Made by a program: the position numbers and the translations under genes. Shown piece after piece: positions 13,368 through 25,074 of a DNA stretch of 51,625 nucleotides; position 1 is the stretch's first letter; each line of letters opens with the position of its first letter. The notes beneath the pieces were generated by a model. The model did not search any database, had not been told where the DNA came from, and worked only from the letters and a program-made list of their open reading frames with translations. This stretch comes from Trichosphaerium sp. ATCC 40318 (lineage: Eukaryota > Protista > Tubulinea), in contig JALMLS010000029.1 of the NCBI GenBank assembly GCA_038496445.1, forward strand, positions 1 to 51,625, read 5' to 3'.

Positions 13368-13915
13368 TTAGGTTCAGTCCCTGTAGTTAAATGGTTTTCC
13401 TATTAATTAAATTGATTGAGTCCCTGGTTCAAGTCCTTTCAAGAGAAAATTCTTTCTCATTTTAAAAAGCTATTGGCCAATTCCAAATTCCACCGGATAA
13501 CCCCAAAAGAGTGGGTTGCGGCAGGTATGATGGAATGAAAGCTTATAAATGAGTTGATATTGACTAGTGATGTTGGTTTGATTCTTGGGAACGACCAGGC
13601 ATGCTGTGCCTGGGTGACCACCCACAAAAACAACTAGCAATCTCCAGACTAGAGGCAAGGTAAAATATACGGTTGTCAGCCCCCTCATACATGGATGATT
13701 CAAATACAAATAGAAAAATAGACTGCCATTTGAAAATTAATACATGGTGCTGGAATGGAAAGGTTCAAACCCTTAACACAGAAATGTGCTCCACAAATAT
13801 AATTTCATTGTAGTTGTGTAAAGTTGTAAAACCTGATTGAAAAACATCAATGTTGTATACTGGATGGTGAGACATCCCAATAAAAACCATAGACTTAAAA
13901 AAAAAAAAAAAAAAA
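13368..13915 (+). mobile_element. tRNA-derived SINE of about 550 bp
   Basis: A box TAGTTAAATGG (13384-13394); B box GGTTCAAGTCC (13426-13436); 3' hairpin GGATG-GTGAGA-CATCC; AATAAA (13879-13884); A20 tail; TSD AGACAAAGGCAAGCG at 13353-13367 and 13916-13930. Confidence 0.88.
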
Positions 13916-14177
13916 AGACAAAGGCAAGCGAGTAAATGGCTGTTCGCTTTCAGTCAGGCCGTTCACTGTGCTTAGGACAAGAACCCGAAATTAGCTCGCA
14001 TACTGTCAGCCGTTGGTACAGTGCCAAAACAAAATTCTTCCACATTTCGGAAGATTTGTACCATCTGTACGCGATGTTACGTTAATAATACAGTTAAGAG
14101 CCAGTGCAGCTTGTGTACAATACATACGATTGCAGCAAAATAATGAGTCTACATTTACATAGAACAATTGACGAACG

Positions 14178-17100
14178 CTACAAGACACGTGACTCAACAG
14201 GAGTAACTTTTGTAGTGGTTCTTCGTAATGAGTATGGTACAATTACATGCCTCAGCTTTGGAACAAAGTAAATCACAATGAGACCAACAATCATCTATCA
14301 TTGAGTCAGTTTTGTGACAACTTAGAAAGAAACCTTACCAATACAAGAATACCAAAAACAATACCCAACACCATACCAATATTCACTGTTCCGCTTTCGT
14401 TATCACAACTTTCAGAGATTGATGTAATTACAAATATTCTAGGAACGTTAGATAATCTGTGGTATATTGGTGGACTGTACGATGAAAGAGTCTGCTCAAG
14501 TCTTGCCAATACACATTCTGGTGATACCAGTGTAACAGTACCGTTGATGCAGTTGCTGTTGCTTCGTATTATCTCTCTTCTCATCTCAACATGTGTAGTA
14601 GAGGTGATGACAAGTACTGTATTTGGTAATATCTCAATACATCCTAAATCAACGATTTGTACAAATGATTTCCGAGTAGAAAATACATGCAAGAAAACTG
14701 CCAAATGTACCTTGAACTACAATTGACCCACTTCCTGTTATTGTAAGTGTTTGTTGAATTACAAGAGCACCAGGAATAAAAATATCGGTGTCTACAACCT
14801 CAACTAGAGTTGTTGCAGAAGGAACAATTGTTGGAGGCTCAGATGTTGGAGTTGTAGGAGGGGGAGGAATTAAACATATGGCGTGCATGAATGGTAACAT
14901 AGTAACAGATGCTCCACAGCAATCTCCATTATCTTTGCAGTCATTACAAATTATAGGCACACCTACAAAGTTAGTAACAATAGTAAAACTATTTGTTTGA
15001 TTTACTTGTATTTGCTTGAAAACATCCATTCAATCCGGAATTTCTCCAACCGCAAATTATTGCATTGTTTGATATCACTGAAGTAGCTTGACACTCAATA
15101 TCTGCTTCAGGTTGCCCTTATGTATGTATATCAGAAAACTGTAAAAAAAATTGTAATAATACCTTCTGATTCAATAACAGTATCCCTTGTAGAGTGTTTA
15201 GTTACTGCGTAAAGTATAATGTTGTTTATAATATGAATTCAAAGTATCAAAATAATCACATGATATGGAAAGACAAAGAAACAACAAACATACATTAATG
15301 TTAAATCATCTGTTGTGTAAATTGCAACACCATTTTTCCTTTGCCCATTTGTTAGTGTTGCGATGTTAGAACCTATCCTTTACCTCATACTACTACTCAT
15401 TTTCACAATTCATCAAAACAGACAATATTGGGAGGAAGACATCAACGTTTAGTGGCTCTAGCGTAGCCCTTGATGTTGTCATTTACTAGCCAACAACATA
15501 CAAGTATACATGCATTACATAATAAAAGGAAAATTTGTCCAATCAAGTTTTGGTTTTCTTAATAAATTCAGTTTTTTGGACATTAAGGGTGGGAAAGGGG
15601 GATTTGATTTTGTTTACTACTTGCCATCTTGATTAATCGAGCTGTTACTCTCATTGTTGTATTTGGGTTAAGAATAGAATAGAGCCATTCCGGTCCACTC
15701 AGTTCAAACGCCTGAAATAATTCTATATTCATTCATTAGAACCTATCCTTTACCTCATACTACTACTCATTTTCACGATTCATCAAAACAGACAATATTG
15801 GGAGGAAGACATCAACGTCTAGTGGCTCTAGCGTAGCCCTTGATGTTGTCATTTACTAGCCATGTCAGTTGTCGTCCATCCACGGCAAGTGACCTCTCAT
15901 CCCAATATTATCTTCGTCTTCTGAGTTTCTGGTGAATAACTTCTGTAACATCACAGTACTAAAAAAAATTGAGAAAAATCAAGAGATTCACCCCCTAAAA
16001 TCTCTGAGATTTTGGACCACCAATCTCTGTGAATTTCTTCCTAAAATAACCTGAGAATTCTCTAGAAAATCACCAGAGAATTCTCTAGAGATTCTCTCCT
16101 TTTTTCTCAACTTTCAAAAAGGTAGGGTTAGGGGTTAGGAGTTTTAGTAAACGTATTGAGATTTTAAAGCGCAAGTGTAGTTATTTATTATTATTACAAT
16201 ACATGAAGTTACAATTACAAAAAAACCACCAATTAATCTCCTATCAAAGTTGTTGGTATCGTAAGGCCAAGCAAAATAAAAAAAAGGAACAGTCTACCAA
16301 AAAATCACTTTAAATGCTAGTACATGTTAATAAAATTAGATGTAAACGATAGTACTTTTTTTTGTAAGCGGAGCGCATGAGAGGTCATTTTTTGTTAAAT
16401 ACTACGGAATGACTTTTAAACGTTAAGTTACGTTAGATACGTTTGGGGACTCAAAACGTAAAGTAGAGATTTTCTCCAAAATTCTCAAAATCAAAAGAGA
16501 GTTTTCCACAAATTCTCACCAAATGAGATTTTTGAGAGAATCTCTCAAAAATCTCTGGAGGAAAATGAGATTTTTGGTGGAAATCACTACAAAATCACCA
16601 ATTTTAGAGATTTTGTGGTGATTCTCTACAAAAATCCCGTTTTCATTTTAGTACTGAGCTGAACAGCGTTAGTGGTTGCACCAGTTCTGGGTGATACACC
16701 GGCAACCAGGTGCCAAAACGTTGTACACCAGGTAAAAGAGGAGCTTCTTTAAAACGTTTCTTTTGCTCCTTTCTCTCCGCATGACTTACCGCAGCTAACT
16801 GAGTTGCGTTCGGAGTTGGTATCATCGAATACGTGTTGGCGCCACCTAACAACTTCAGGTTCGAGCGCGAAGCAGTACTCGACTGCGTGGTTGTACCTTG
16901 AACTGACCCAAGCGTGGGTGTGGTAACGACGGGTGTTGGACTAGGCCTGGCAGCACTAGTACTCGTTGGTGCGGCGACCATCGGAGTTGACGGGAGAGCA
17001 GGAGCAGTGCCCACAGCCGTGGTAGAATAGCCTCCTATGCGAGGAGCGAACGGGTTGATCCAATCGGTTGGAGGAGAAGCAACTTTCAGTTGCGTAGCTG

Positions 17101-20100
17101 GTTTGGGAAGTACTGGAGGCTTCTGTACGACACGTTGTTGCACCGTCACGGTGTTCGGTGGACCTCTAGCAGGAGTCGGCGCTGCTGGTTCCATTCCTTC
17201 AAAGTCGTTAGCGAGGTCAAGTAAACTACTTGTTTCGATATCGGCTAAATTTATAACTCGGCTATTCTTTTTCGCCAGTGGGTATAAAGACGTACTCTGC
17301 CGCGACGCAGCACTTTGAGATGTATTCTGTTGAGTCAGCATCGACTCGAACGTTTTCATGCGCGATTCCAACATAGCCATGTCGGTACGCGTCTTAAGCA
17401 GGTCCTTTTGGAGCTGGGCGTTCAGGTCTAAAATTCTCGAGCTGTTTTTATGGTAGATACCATGAATTTGTGGTATAATTATACCATTGATTACAATTTT
17501 ATACCACAAATTCCAGTATAATATACCATAAATCAAAGGATTTGTACCATAAAACAGCCAAATTATACCATAAATATGCAGTAGAAAGTGCGAATTTATA
17601 CCATATTTTTTCACCTGAAAAAATGCAATATATGGTATAATTCTACCATAAAACATGGTATAAAACACAGTATAATACCACAAAGTCTGGTATATTATAC
17701 CTTAAAACTTGGTAGATTATACCACAAAACCAAGTGTAAAAACTGTTCTAATAATAAAACCACATTTATTAATACATTTTTTTGTTTACATCTGTGACCT
17801 TTGGTTTTGTCCATATCCTCTTTTGTGGTAGTTGACACATCAAATAACCTTCAAAAAAAATATTGTACTTGCTGTAAGTGCATCGAATGGACATAGCATG
17901 AAAACTAAAAGAAGAATTAGTGAAGGCTTGATGCACAAAATAAATAGTCGTACAAAAATTGCTGTTTTGTTGTGGTGGCAGCACTGGGAGTAACAAATGA
18001 CCTGTGTGGTGGAGCCAAACCAAGACTAAAACAAAGAAATGAAAATAACTGCCAACTTCATCGGAAACAAGTTCTAGCGGAATCGTACCTGTTAGCTAAC
18101 ACATCTTGGTTTTTTTTTTATCATCTATTTAGCTTGGTTAAAACCTATGGCAAGCGGCTTCAAAACAACTACTTTTAGCGTACCTTGTGTTGTGCGGGCG
18201 ATAAACTGGACAAGACTTAGTTTTGTGCTCTGACTTAGCCAATTAGTTTACAATATCACTCGTAAGGTCAACGCATGGGTGTGAAGCCTAAATGCTATCT
18301 GTTCTGGCAAATGCGGGCGTTTAGTAGGGAAAAATTCAAAAAAATCCAAAAAAATCCAAAAAAAACCAAAAAACTCAAAAAATGGGTAGGCTCTGAAACA
18401 ACTTGGCCTTATAGCACTATTCACGCATTTTAACATGCATTGGAGCGTATATCAAAAATGTCAAAAAAAAATAAATAATTTTGCTCCTGATTTGGTAAAT
18501 GAGGCTGTATGGTGTTGATTGAGTGTAAAAATGCCTATGGAGGGGAGAAAAAAATGAGAGCCGGGGAAAAAAACCTCCAACTGGAGGTTTTTTGCGAATG
18601 GGCATTTTTCAAGCGCTAAACGCGTTTTTGGTGTGTCTACCACTGTAGCGTTCTAACATGGGGTACATGGAGTGGTTTCTTCCTCAAATACTGTCAATCG
18701 GAGAAAATTGGCCAATTTATCCCTAAAACGCCCGCAATTGGGGCGTGTTACCAGATTTCTCTCTTAAAACTGTTTTTCACACATTTATATGCCAATTATG
18801 TTCAATAACGGCTACTGTCAAAGCATTGTGTGGTATGGCGTTTGCGTAGGGCCAAAGGCTATTAAATCAAGTATAGACCAAGTGAGCTTTGACTAACTTA
18901 TACTTATACGGTATAATACCACGGTATAATACCACATTTTATGGTATAATTATATGGTATAATGCACAGTATACAATACTGTAAAATACAGTATAATACC
19001 ATGGTATAATACCGTGTTTTATGGTATAATTATATGGTATAATGCATGGTATAATATACTTTAAAATGCAGTATAATACCATGGTATAGTACCATGTTTT
19101 ATGGTATAATTATATGGTATAATGCATGGTATAATGTACTGTAAAATGTGGTATAATACCATGGTATAGTACCATGTTTTATGGTATAATTATATTCTAT
19201 AAATTGAAATATGGTATAAACATGGTATAATGGCTGTTATACCATTTGTCCAAAAAACATGGTATTATACCATATTTTATGGTATAATTATATGGTATAA
19301 TTATGGATTATACTGAGCTTGTACCATAAAAGGTGATTATACCATAAAATACGGTATAATACCATGATAATTTTCAGACCTGGTTGTGAGCCACAAGCTC
19401 ATCGTGTGTCGGTTCCGTTCTGCCGTTTGTTGCCGAAGTTCCATTCGGGTTGCCTACTCGCGGTGAGTTTGGAGGTTTAGAAGCTTCTGAAGGTAAAGTG
19501 GTAGTTTTACGTCTGTTTTTAGACGGAGAAAGGGTTTGTTTCACGTAGGTACCGATCTGCATAAGCAGAGATCTTTTCTGAGCCACCAGTTCCGGGTTCT
19601 CGTAGAGTACCGCCGAGATCGACTTCTGTTTGTTTTCTGCTAAATTGAAAAAGACCTTACCAAGCGGAGCCCATTCTGGGTACTTGCCACAAAAGACATA
19701 CTCGCGTACGCGTAGATGAATTTTGGCCAACTGCTTCAACGATCTGCTTTCCAACGCAGACCACAAGCCATGCCCTCGTAGTCGGTTGTCAGGGTCCAAG
19801 GCTGTTTTGTAGAGATCGAGATAACTTTGCTTCTTCACCAAGTTTGCCGGTACTCGGTCAAAGGTCTTGAAGCTTGCTAGTGCGTGATCACCCACCTTCT
19901 GCCAGTAGACGTGCATCTCGAGGAGTTCTGGACCCTCCTTTCCGTCAGCCACCGCCGTTCCTTGGTCGCCAAGGTCGATATCACCCAACATTTGATTTTG
20001 TTTACTACTTGCCATCTTGATTAATCGAGCTGTTACTCTCGTTGTTGTATTTGGGTTAAGAATAGAATAGAGCCGTTCCGGTCCACTCAGTTCAAACGCC

Positions 20101-21438
20101 TGAAATAATTCTATATTCATTCATAAAAGGATCAAGTACCCCTGTGTATCTTCGCATGTACTGCTGAAAATAAATGTATTTTCCATAGTGAGGGGTGATG
20201 CAGAATAAATACTGCAACCCTGAGCAGTAACATTGGGAGTTCCTGCGAAAATTTCATTCTTTTGAAAAACAGATCTTGCAATAGTAGCGTTTGATACATT
20301 TGATCCAATGTATAAAGCACCTCCACTTCCAGTGATTGAATCTTAATAAACATAAGAGCTAGAGCGCGATAATATGAAAAAACAAGATGAGTACTAGAAC
20401 CAGAGACATAGTTTAATCTATTGTTACCAAATTTTGTGTCATAGATTGCAAGCTGCTTAGTTGTTAATAATACTCAGTGTTGATAGGCAATGTACATGAA
20501 GTGTATTATCAACGTATAGCGCGCCACCTAAATACACTCTTTAGCTTTGAAATAAACTTCTTTTTTTAAGAGCATACCATTTATTGTACCATTGTAGTTG
20601 TACTCCCTGTTTACTACATTATTTTCTGAAAAGAAACAGTTGCGAATAATGAATGATAGCACACTGTCTACCGATAGTGCACCCCCGTATGTAGTATAAC
20701 CTTGTTCATTTTGTGGATTGTTATTATGGAATAAACAGTTTTCAATGTTCACATTGTCGCTACAAACAAATTCCAGCTTAATTTTTCATCAAACAAATAA
20801 CTAGCGCACCTGTTCTTGACATGGACAGCACCGAAACCACCAGGTTTTCTGGCATTTCCGCTGTAGTCCTCAACACCACAAGATCTTAACATTGTTAACT
20901 TACTTACTACTGAAGTACCGAACAAAGTTGTTTACCTGATAGAGATGTTGGCGATATCTTCCAGTTGAATTTGACAATTCCCAAAATGTAATCTTTCAAA
21001 AACCAGATTGTGGCCGTTTGTTGTTATTCTGTAGAGGTCTTTGCCATCACACTTAATCAAAGCTTTGTCATTAGTACCTAAAACAGAGAAAACTTAGTCA
21101 AGGTACTTAGAGCCAAGCGCTAATATCGCACGTGATCTGATAGTGATACCACCAGCAGTACTGAAACCAGTAGTCAAAGTATGATCGAAGCTATCTAATA
21201 CTATTTCTGACACTCCTGGTGTTGCTGCGTAGCAGTCTAATCTATTTTCACAAGGCGATGTGGCGGAAGTAGTTACTATATAAGCTATTAACGGTAGTCT
21301 TGCCGATATTTCTTTTAAAAAGATCAAATGTATTATTAGTCGAACTGTATGCGTCCAACAATTCGTACTTGTGATGCTGTTAGCCAATGTAGCAAACGCG
21401 AGAATCAACAACAAAGAGTAACAGAAATAATATTCCAT
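14178..21438 (-). CDS. Divergent family copy 4 with a GGAL/FxxN beta-helix ectodomain, carrying a 4.76-kb insertion in an intron
   Basis: 5' exons at 20140-21438 (MEYYFCYSLLLILAFATLANSIT; NIENCLFHNN...YGGALSVDSVLSFIIRNCFFSEN) join in frame to 3' exons at 14178-15338 (STCEDTQG/KNGVAIYTTDDLTL); the C-terminal part closely matches copy 5; stop at 14178-14180. Confidence 0.75.
15366..15862. repeat. B2-spacer-A2-B1 repeat block of the split-direct-repeat element
   Basis: 15366-15492 vs 15736-15862 differ at 2 positions; 15602-15736 vs 19990-20124 differ at 2 positions. Confidence 0.95.
15954..16656. mobile_element. Non-autonomous TIR element (MITE) of about 700 bp nested in the split-repeat element
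   Basis: TIR CAGTACTAAAA...TTTTAGTACTG; arrays of GAGATT/AATCTC-type subterminal repeats at both ends; no matching TSD seen. Confidence 0.75.
16657..20120 (-). pseudogene. Interrupted, roughly 500-codon intronless ORF of the split-repeat element (putative gag-like ORF1)
   Basis: 20120-19383 (...ELVAHN) continues in frame at 17419 (AQLQKDLLKTRTDMAMLESRMK...) once the 1960-bp insert and one GTT are removed. It contains a coiled-coil-like segment and a Pro/Ser/Thr-rich region, is visibly more GC-rich than the host DNA, and is truncated by the MITE at 16656. Confidence 0.75.
17423..19382. mobile_element. Non-autonomous DNA transposon, 1960 bp, with a 3-bp TSD and subterminal repeat arrays
   Basis: TIR CAGGTCTAAAATT...AATTTTCAGACCTG; TSD GTT at 17420-17422 and 19383-19385; dozens of TGGTATAAT/ATTATACCA motifs at about 17450-17725 and 18905-19370. 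Confidence 0.88.
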
Positions 21439-21860
21439 TTCGTATAAAGGCCTACTTCGGTTTTGCTTTCTCTTGCTGACCTAAACGGTTGGAAACGTTT
21501 TACACCAATATGAGGCTATATAAGCGACTTCGACGTACACGTTATTAAGAAGAGTCTGTGAAGCGAAGGGCAAAGGAAGAGGAGATGGTTTTTCGTAACT
21601 CGAAAGCACGTGACTTTGGCGGAGAAATATTTCATCAATGTGTACATTATTAAACCACTGTTGACTTACAGCGCAAGTACGCCATGGTTCGCGGGTAAAC
21701 GCTTACAACGAGAATGCGTTTTTGTGAAGTTCGAAGTAGCAATTTTATTAGCAGGAGGACTTTGTTAGATAACTACAATTCTATCTTTATTTTGCTACCA
21801 AAGCATCTATAGTGTTGATTTGCAAAGTGGCTCAACCATGAGGAAAGTACGGAGTGACCA

Positions 21861-24319
21861 TCTAGCAAAGTCAGAATTACACGGTAAGCGCAAATGACAT
21901 ACCAATCTTCGACTGGAAGAATTTTTGGAGTAGTTCTTCGTAATGAGTATGGTATAATTGCATGTCTCAACTTTGGAACAAAGTAAATCACAAAGAGACC
22001 AACAATCATCTATCATTGAGTCAGTTTTGTGACAACCTAGAAAGAAGCCTTACCAATAGGAGAAAACCAAAAACAATACCCAACACCACACCAATACTCA
22101 CTGTTCCGCTTTCGTTATCACAACTTTCAGATCTTGATGTAATTACAAATATTCTAGGAACGTCAGATAATCTGTAGTATATTGGTGGACTGTACGATGA
22201 AAAAGTCTGCTCAAGTCTTGCCAATACACATTCTGGTGATACAAGCGTAACAGCACCGTTGATGCAGTTACTGTTGCTTCGTATTATCTCTCTTCTCATC
22301 TCAACATGTGTAGTAGAGGTGATGACAAGTACTGTATTTGGTAATATCTCAATACATCCTAAATCAACGATATTATTTTCGAGTTGCGCAAGCCCTAAAT
22401 TTTTGTACCTTGAACTACAACTGACCCGCTTTCTGTTATTGTAACTGTCCCTTCGATTATAAGATCACCAGGAATAAAGATATCAGTGTCCACAAACTCA
22501 ATTAGAACTGTTGACGAAGTTGTTGGTGCTTCAGTTGTTGGTGCTAAAACGTAAGAAGAAAGTAAGAAACTTGGTGTTTGAACAAAGTCTTACAAACAGA
22601 AGTTCCGACCTTGCATGTAACTATAAACAAAAAGGTGAGTTGTAAGGTTTGGTTTGAACTAAATGACTTAATGTACCATTCGTTTGACAATCTCCAAAGA
22701 AACTACTGGCAGTATAGTCGGTTCCGCATGTGAAGTTTGTTGGTATCTCAGGACAGTGAAATACGTTTCTGGTGGTTTCTTAAAAGCTATTAATCATTCT
22801 TCAACATAATTTGTGATTGCTTACCATTGGATTGATTGGTTGCAAATGTCGTATTTCTGCGCAAAGTAAATTTATTCTCATGTTTTATAGATGTACTATA
22901 GTACCTTATTGTGATATCCATAGAGTCACCGATCAATGCTGGAGAACTTAGAACAGTTGAGGTATTTTTACTAAAGGTGTCAGAATATCTAGGTGTAGTC
23001 GTGTTTTCTGTTCACAAAACGGCTAGGTACGCACATGCATATATTGTCCTTAAACACACAAGAGTCTATCAGAGAGTAACCGCTTTGTCCGCTTGCACTT
23101 GAAACGATCACTACCAAAGCTCCAACTATTGACATTAGTTCAACTATCCAACCGAGCATATATGCGTACCAGTACATCTATTTTCTAACGGCACCAGCTC
23201 TTGAACAGTGTTCTCAATAAATGTTGAGTTTAAAACTTGAATATCCTTTGACTCTATGTGTAGCGCTGAAGCAGATGAAAAAGCAGCAGAGGATACGTTG
23301 GTCGCTGAACAAATTTAAGAAGTTAAAAAAAATCTGGAAAACAATCTTACAAATTATTGTGGCAATAGCACGATTGTGCTCAAACGAACAAGACTTGACA
23401 ACAACCTATGAATAATAATGAGACCTAATAGATACAATAAAGTGAATTTAGTTGGTGTACTTTATCTGTAGATTGAAAACGAGCAATAATACCTACATGA
23501 AGTAAATCCTTCAAACACTTGGAAAATACTAACGCGTTAAGTAGTGGCAACTGGGTACCTTGTAAATTAGTTAGACTATTCCCAGTTCTGTTATTATCTA
23601 GGAAATGACAGTTTTCCATATGCACTGTTTTGGTATTTCGAACTGCTATTCCCAAAGAACGGAAAAAGGTTCTCAAGGCATATAAATTTGTAAACAATGA
23701 ATCCTTAATTGTAGCGCTTAGACTAAACTCTTGCAATTAGGAAAAAGAAGGAGTGGTAAGAAGATGTCTACCTACTAACTACTCTAATGTATGCCTCGTT
23801 TCCAGTTACTACAACGTTTCTAAAACAACTAAGATAAGTCTAATACATACTTCTTGAGCCTTACTCAACAGAAATGTTTGCAAACACGTTCAATCGCAAG
23901 CCACAATCTCTCAAAGTAAATCCTGATAATGACATGCTCACATTGCTATTCGCTTGCAAAGTAGTAGTAGTACCAATGATACTACATGTCACAGATACAT
24001 TCCTCACGCCTAAGGTTCATTAAAACTAACTATTATCACGTGATTGCATGGCTCACCGTAAATATCAACACTTTTTGTAACTTCAACTGTTGTTCCGTTA
24101 AAAAATAATCCAGTAGAATTGAGCACTAGCGTTGTTGGCGCTTCGCTCAAATAACAACCAAGGTAAGCGCCACAAGCATGTCCGCTCGAAGTTATGACTA
24201 GATAGGAATAAATTACCTCTTTCATCGGTAGAATGAGTCTAACGGTTCGTACTTGTATTGCCGTGAGTGATACTAGCGAATGATAAAATCAACAATGAGC
24301 TGTAGAAATACAAATACAT
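21861..24319 (-). CDS. Surface-protein family copy 5
   Basis: Starts MYLYFYSSLLILSFASITHGNT; includes HACGAYLGCYLSEAPTTLVLNSTG; tail PKLRHAIIPYSLRRTTPKILPVED. The stop is probably TG/A split by a final intron; otherwise the frame reads through to 21773. Confidence 0.8.
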
Positions 24320-25074
24320 CTCGAGAAGTCCTAGCTCAATGTAAGGAGCCTCACACTAATTATCTCGTCAGAAAACGCTCCATAAAATAGTTCGAAGGTA
24401 AAGAACGCTACACATTCATTCTAAAGGTAGATACGCGTAGAACAAACGTTTCCTAAAAACGAAATACGCACGTGAAGTTAATAGGAAACAATTTATGAGC
24501 AATGATCCCAAATACCCGAATGGTACCCAACAAATTGTTTTTTACTTTCAACCTTGGCGCTCAGGAGGCTGTGTCAGAGGTTACAGGGTAAACTATTCAT
24601 AGAACACCCTGCAGTGTATGAAGTATATAGTACTACATCTACGGAAGATACACTCTGTTGTACATATATCCCAGCCCGACTTCCCATTAAGCATAAGTAA
24701 TTGTTCACGTGAAAAGTTTGTTCCGGACAAAAGATTGCCCATATTGAAAAATACTGACCGTAGTTCAAAATGCCAATTAGTATTAACTCAACTTAACTTG
24801 TAGACCTTGATATCACGTGCTAAAAATGCCGAATACGCATTTCATGTTGCATCATAACACTTTTTAGGAGCGTATTCTCTAGTGTATAGAATCGTATCTA
24901 GCAGCCTCTCGGTACCTTGTTTGTGATTTACTTATACCTAGCATTGTAGAATAGCACAATAGATAATACATGGAATTTGGGAGCTTGAAGAACACTTTCT
25001 ACAGCACGCAGTAGAGATGTATACGCATAACAGTGATAACAAGTTGCCGCAGGTTTTTTGTCGCTTTATTTTAT

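Larger units (their letters stand above)
15366..20124 (-). mobile_element. Split-direct-repeat element (PAT/Ngaro-type tyrosine-recombinase retrotransposon layout), internally deleted or non-autonomous
   Basis: 135-bp repeat at 19990-20124 and 15602-15736; 127-bp repeat at 15736-15862 and 15366-15492; minus-strand order A1-ORF-B1-A2-spacer-B2; no TSD; removing it restores a 43-nt intron. Confidence 0.8.

Noticed and set aside
13375-13445. Functional tRNA gene
   Set aside because: It has A and B boxes but no convincing acceptor stem or cloverleaf, and it sits at the head of a TSD-flanked poly(A) element.
14247-14726. Plus-strand ORFs over family genes (also 1408, 6921, 21962, 45276)
   Set aside because: Antisense shadows of minus-strand exons; they recur only because the genes are duplicated.
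18905-19370. CRISPR-like array
   Set aside because: Short degenerate motifs without unique spacers, inside a TIR element in eukaryotic DNA, with no cas genes.
15602-20124. Conventional LTR retrotransposon bounded by the 135-bp repeats
   Set aside because: No 4-6 bp TSD or primer-binding site is evident, and the second repeat pair extends the element to 15366.
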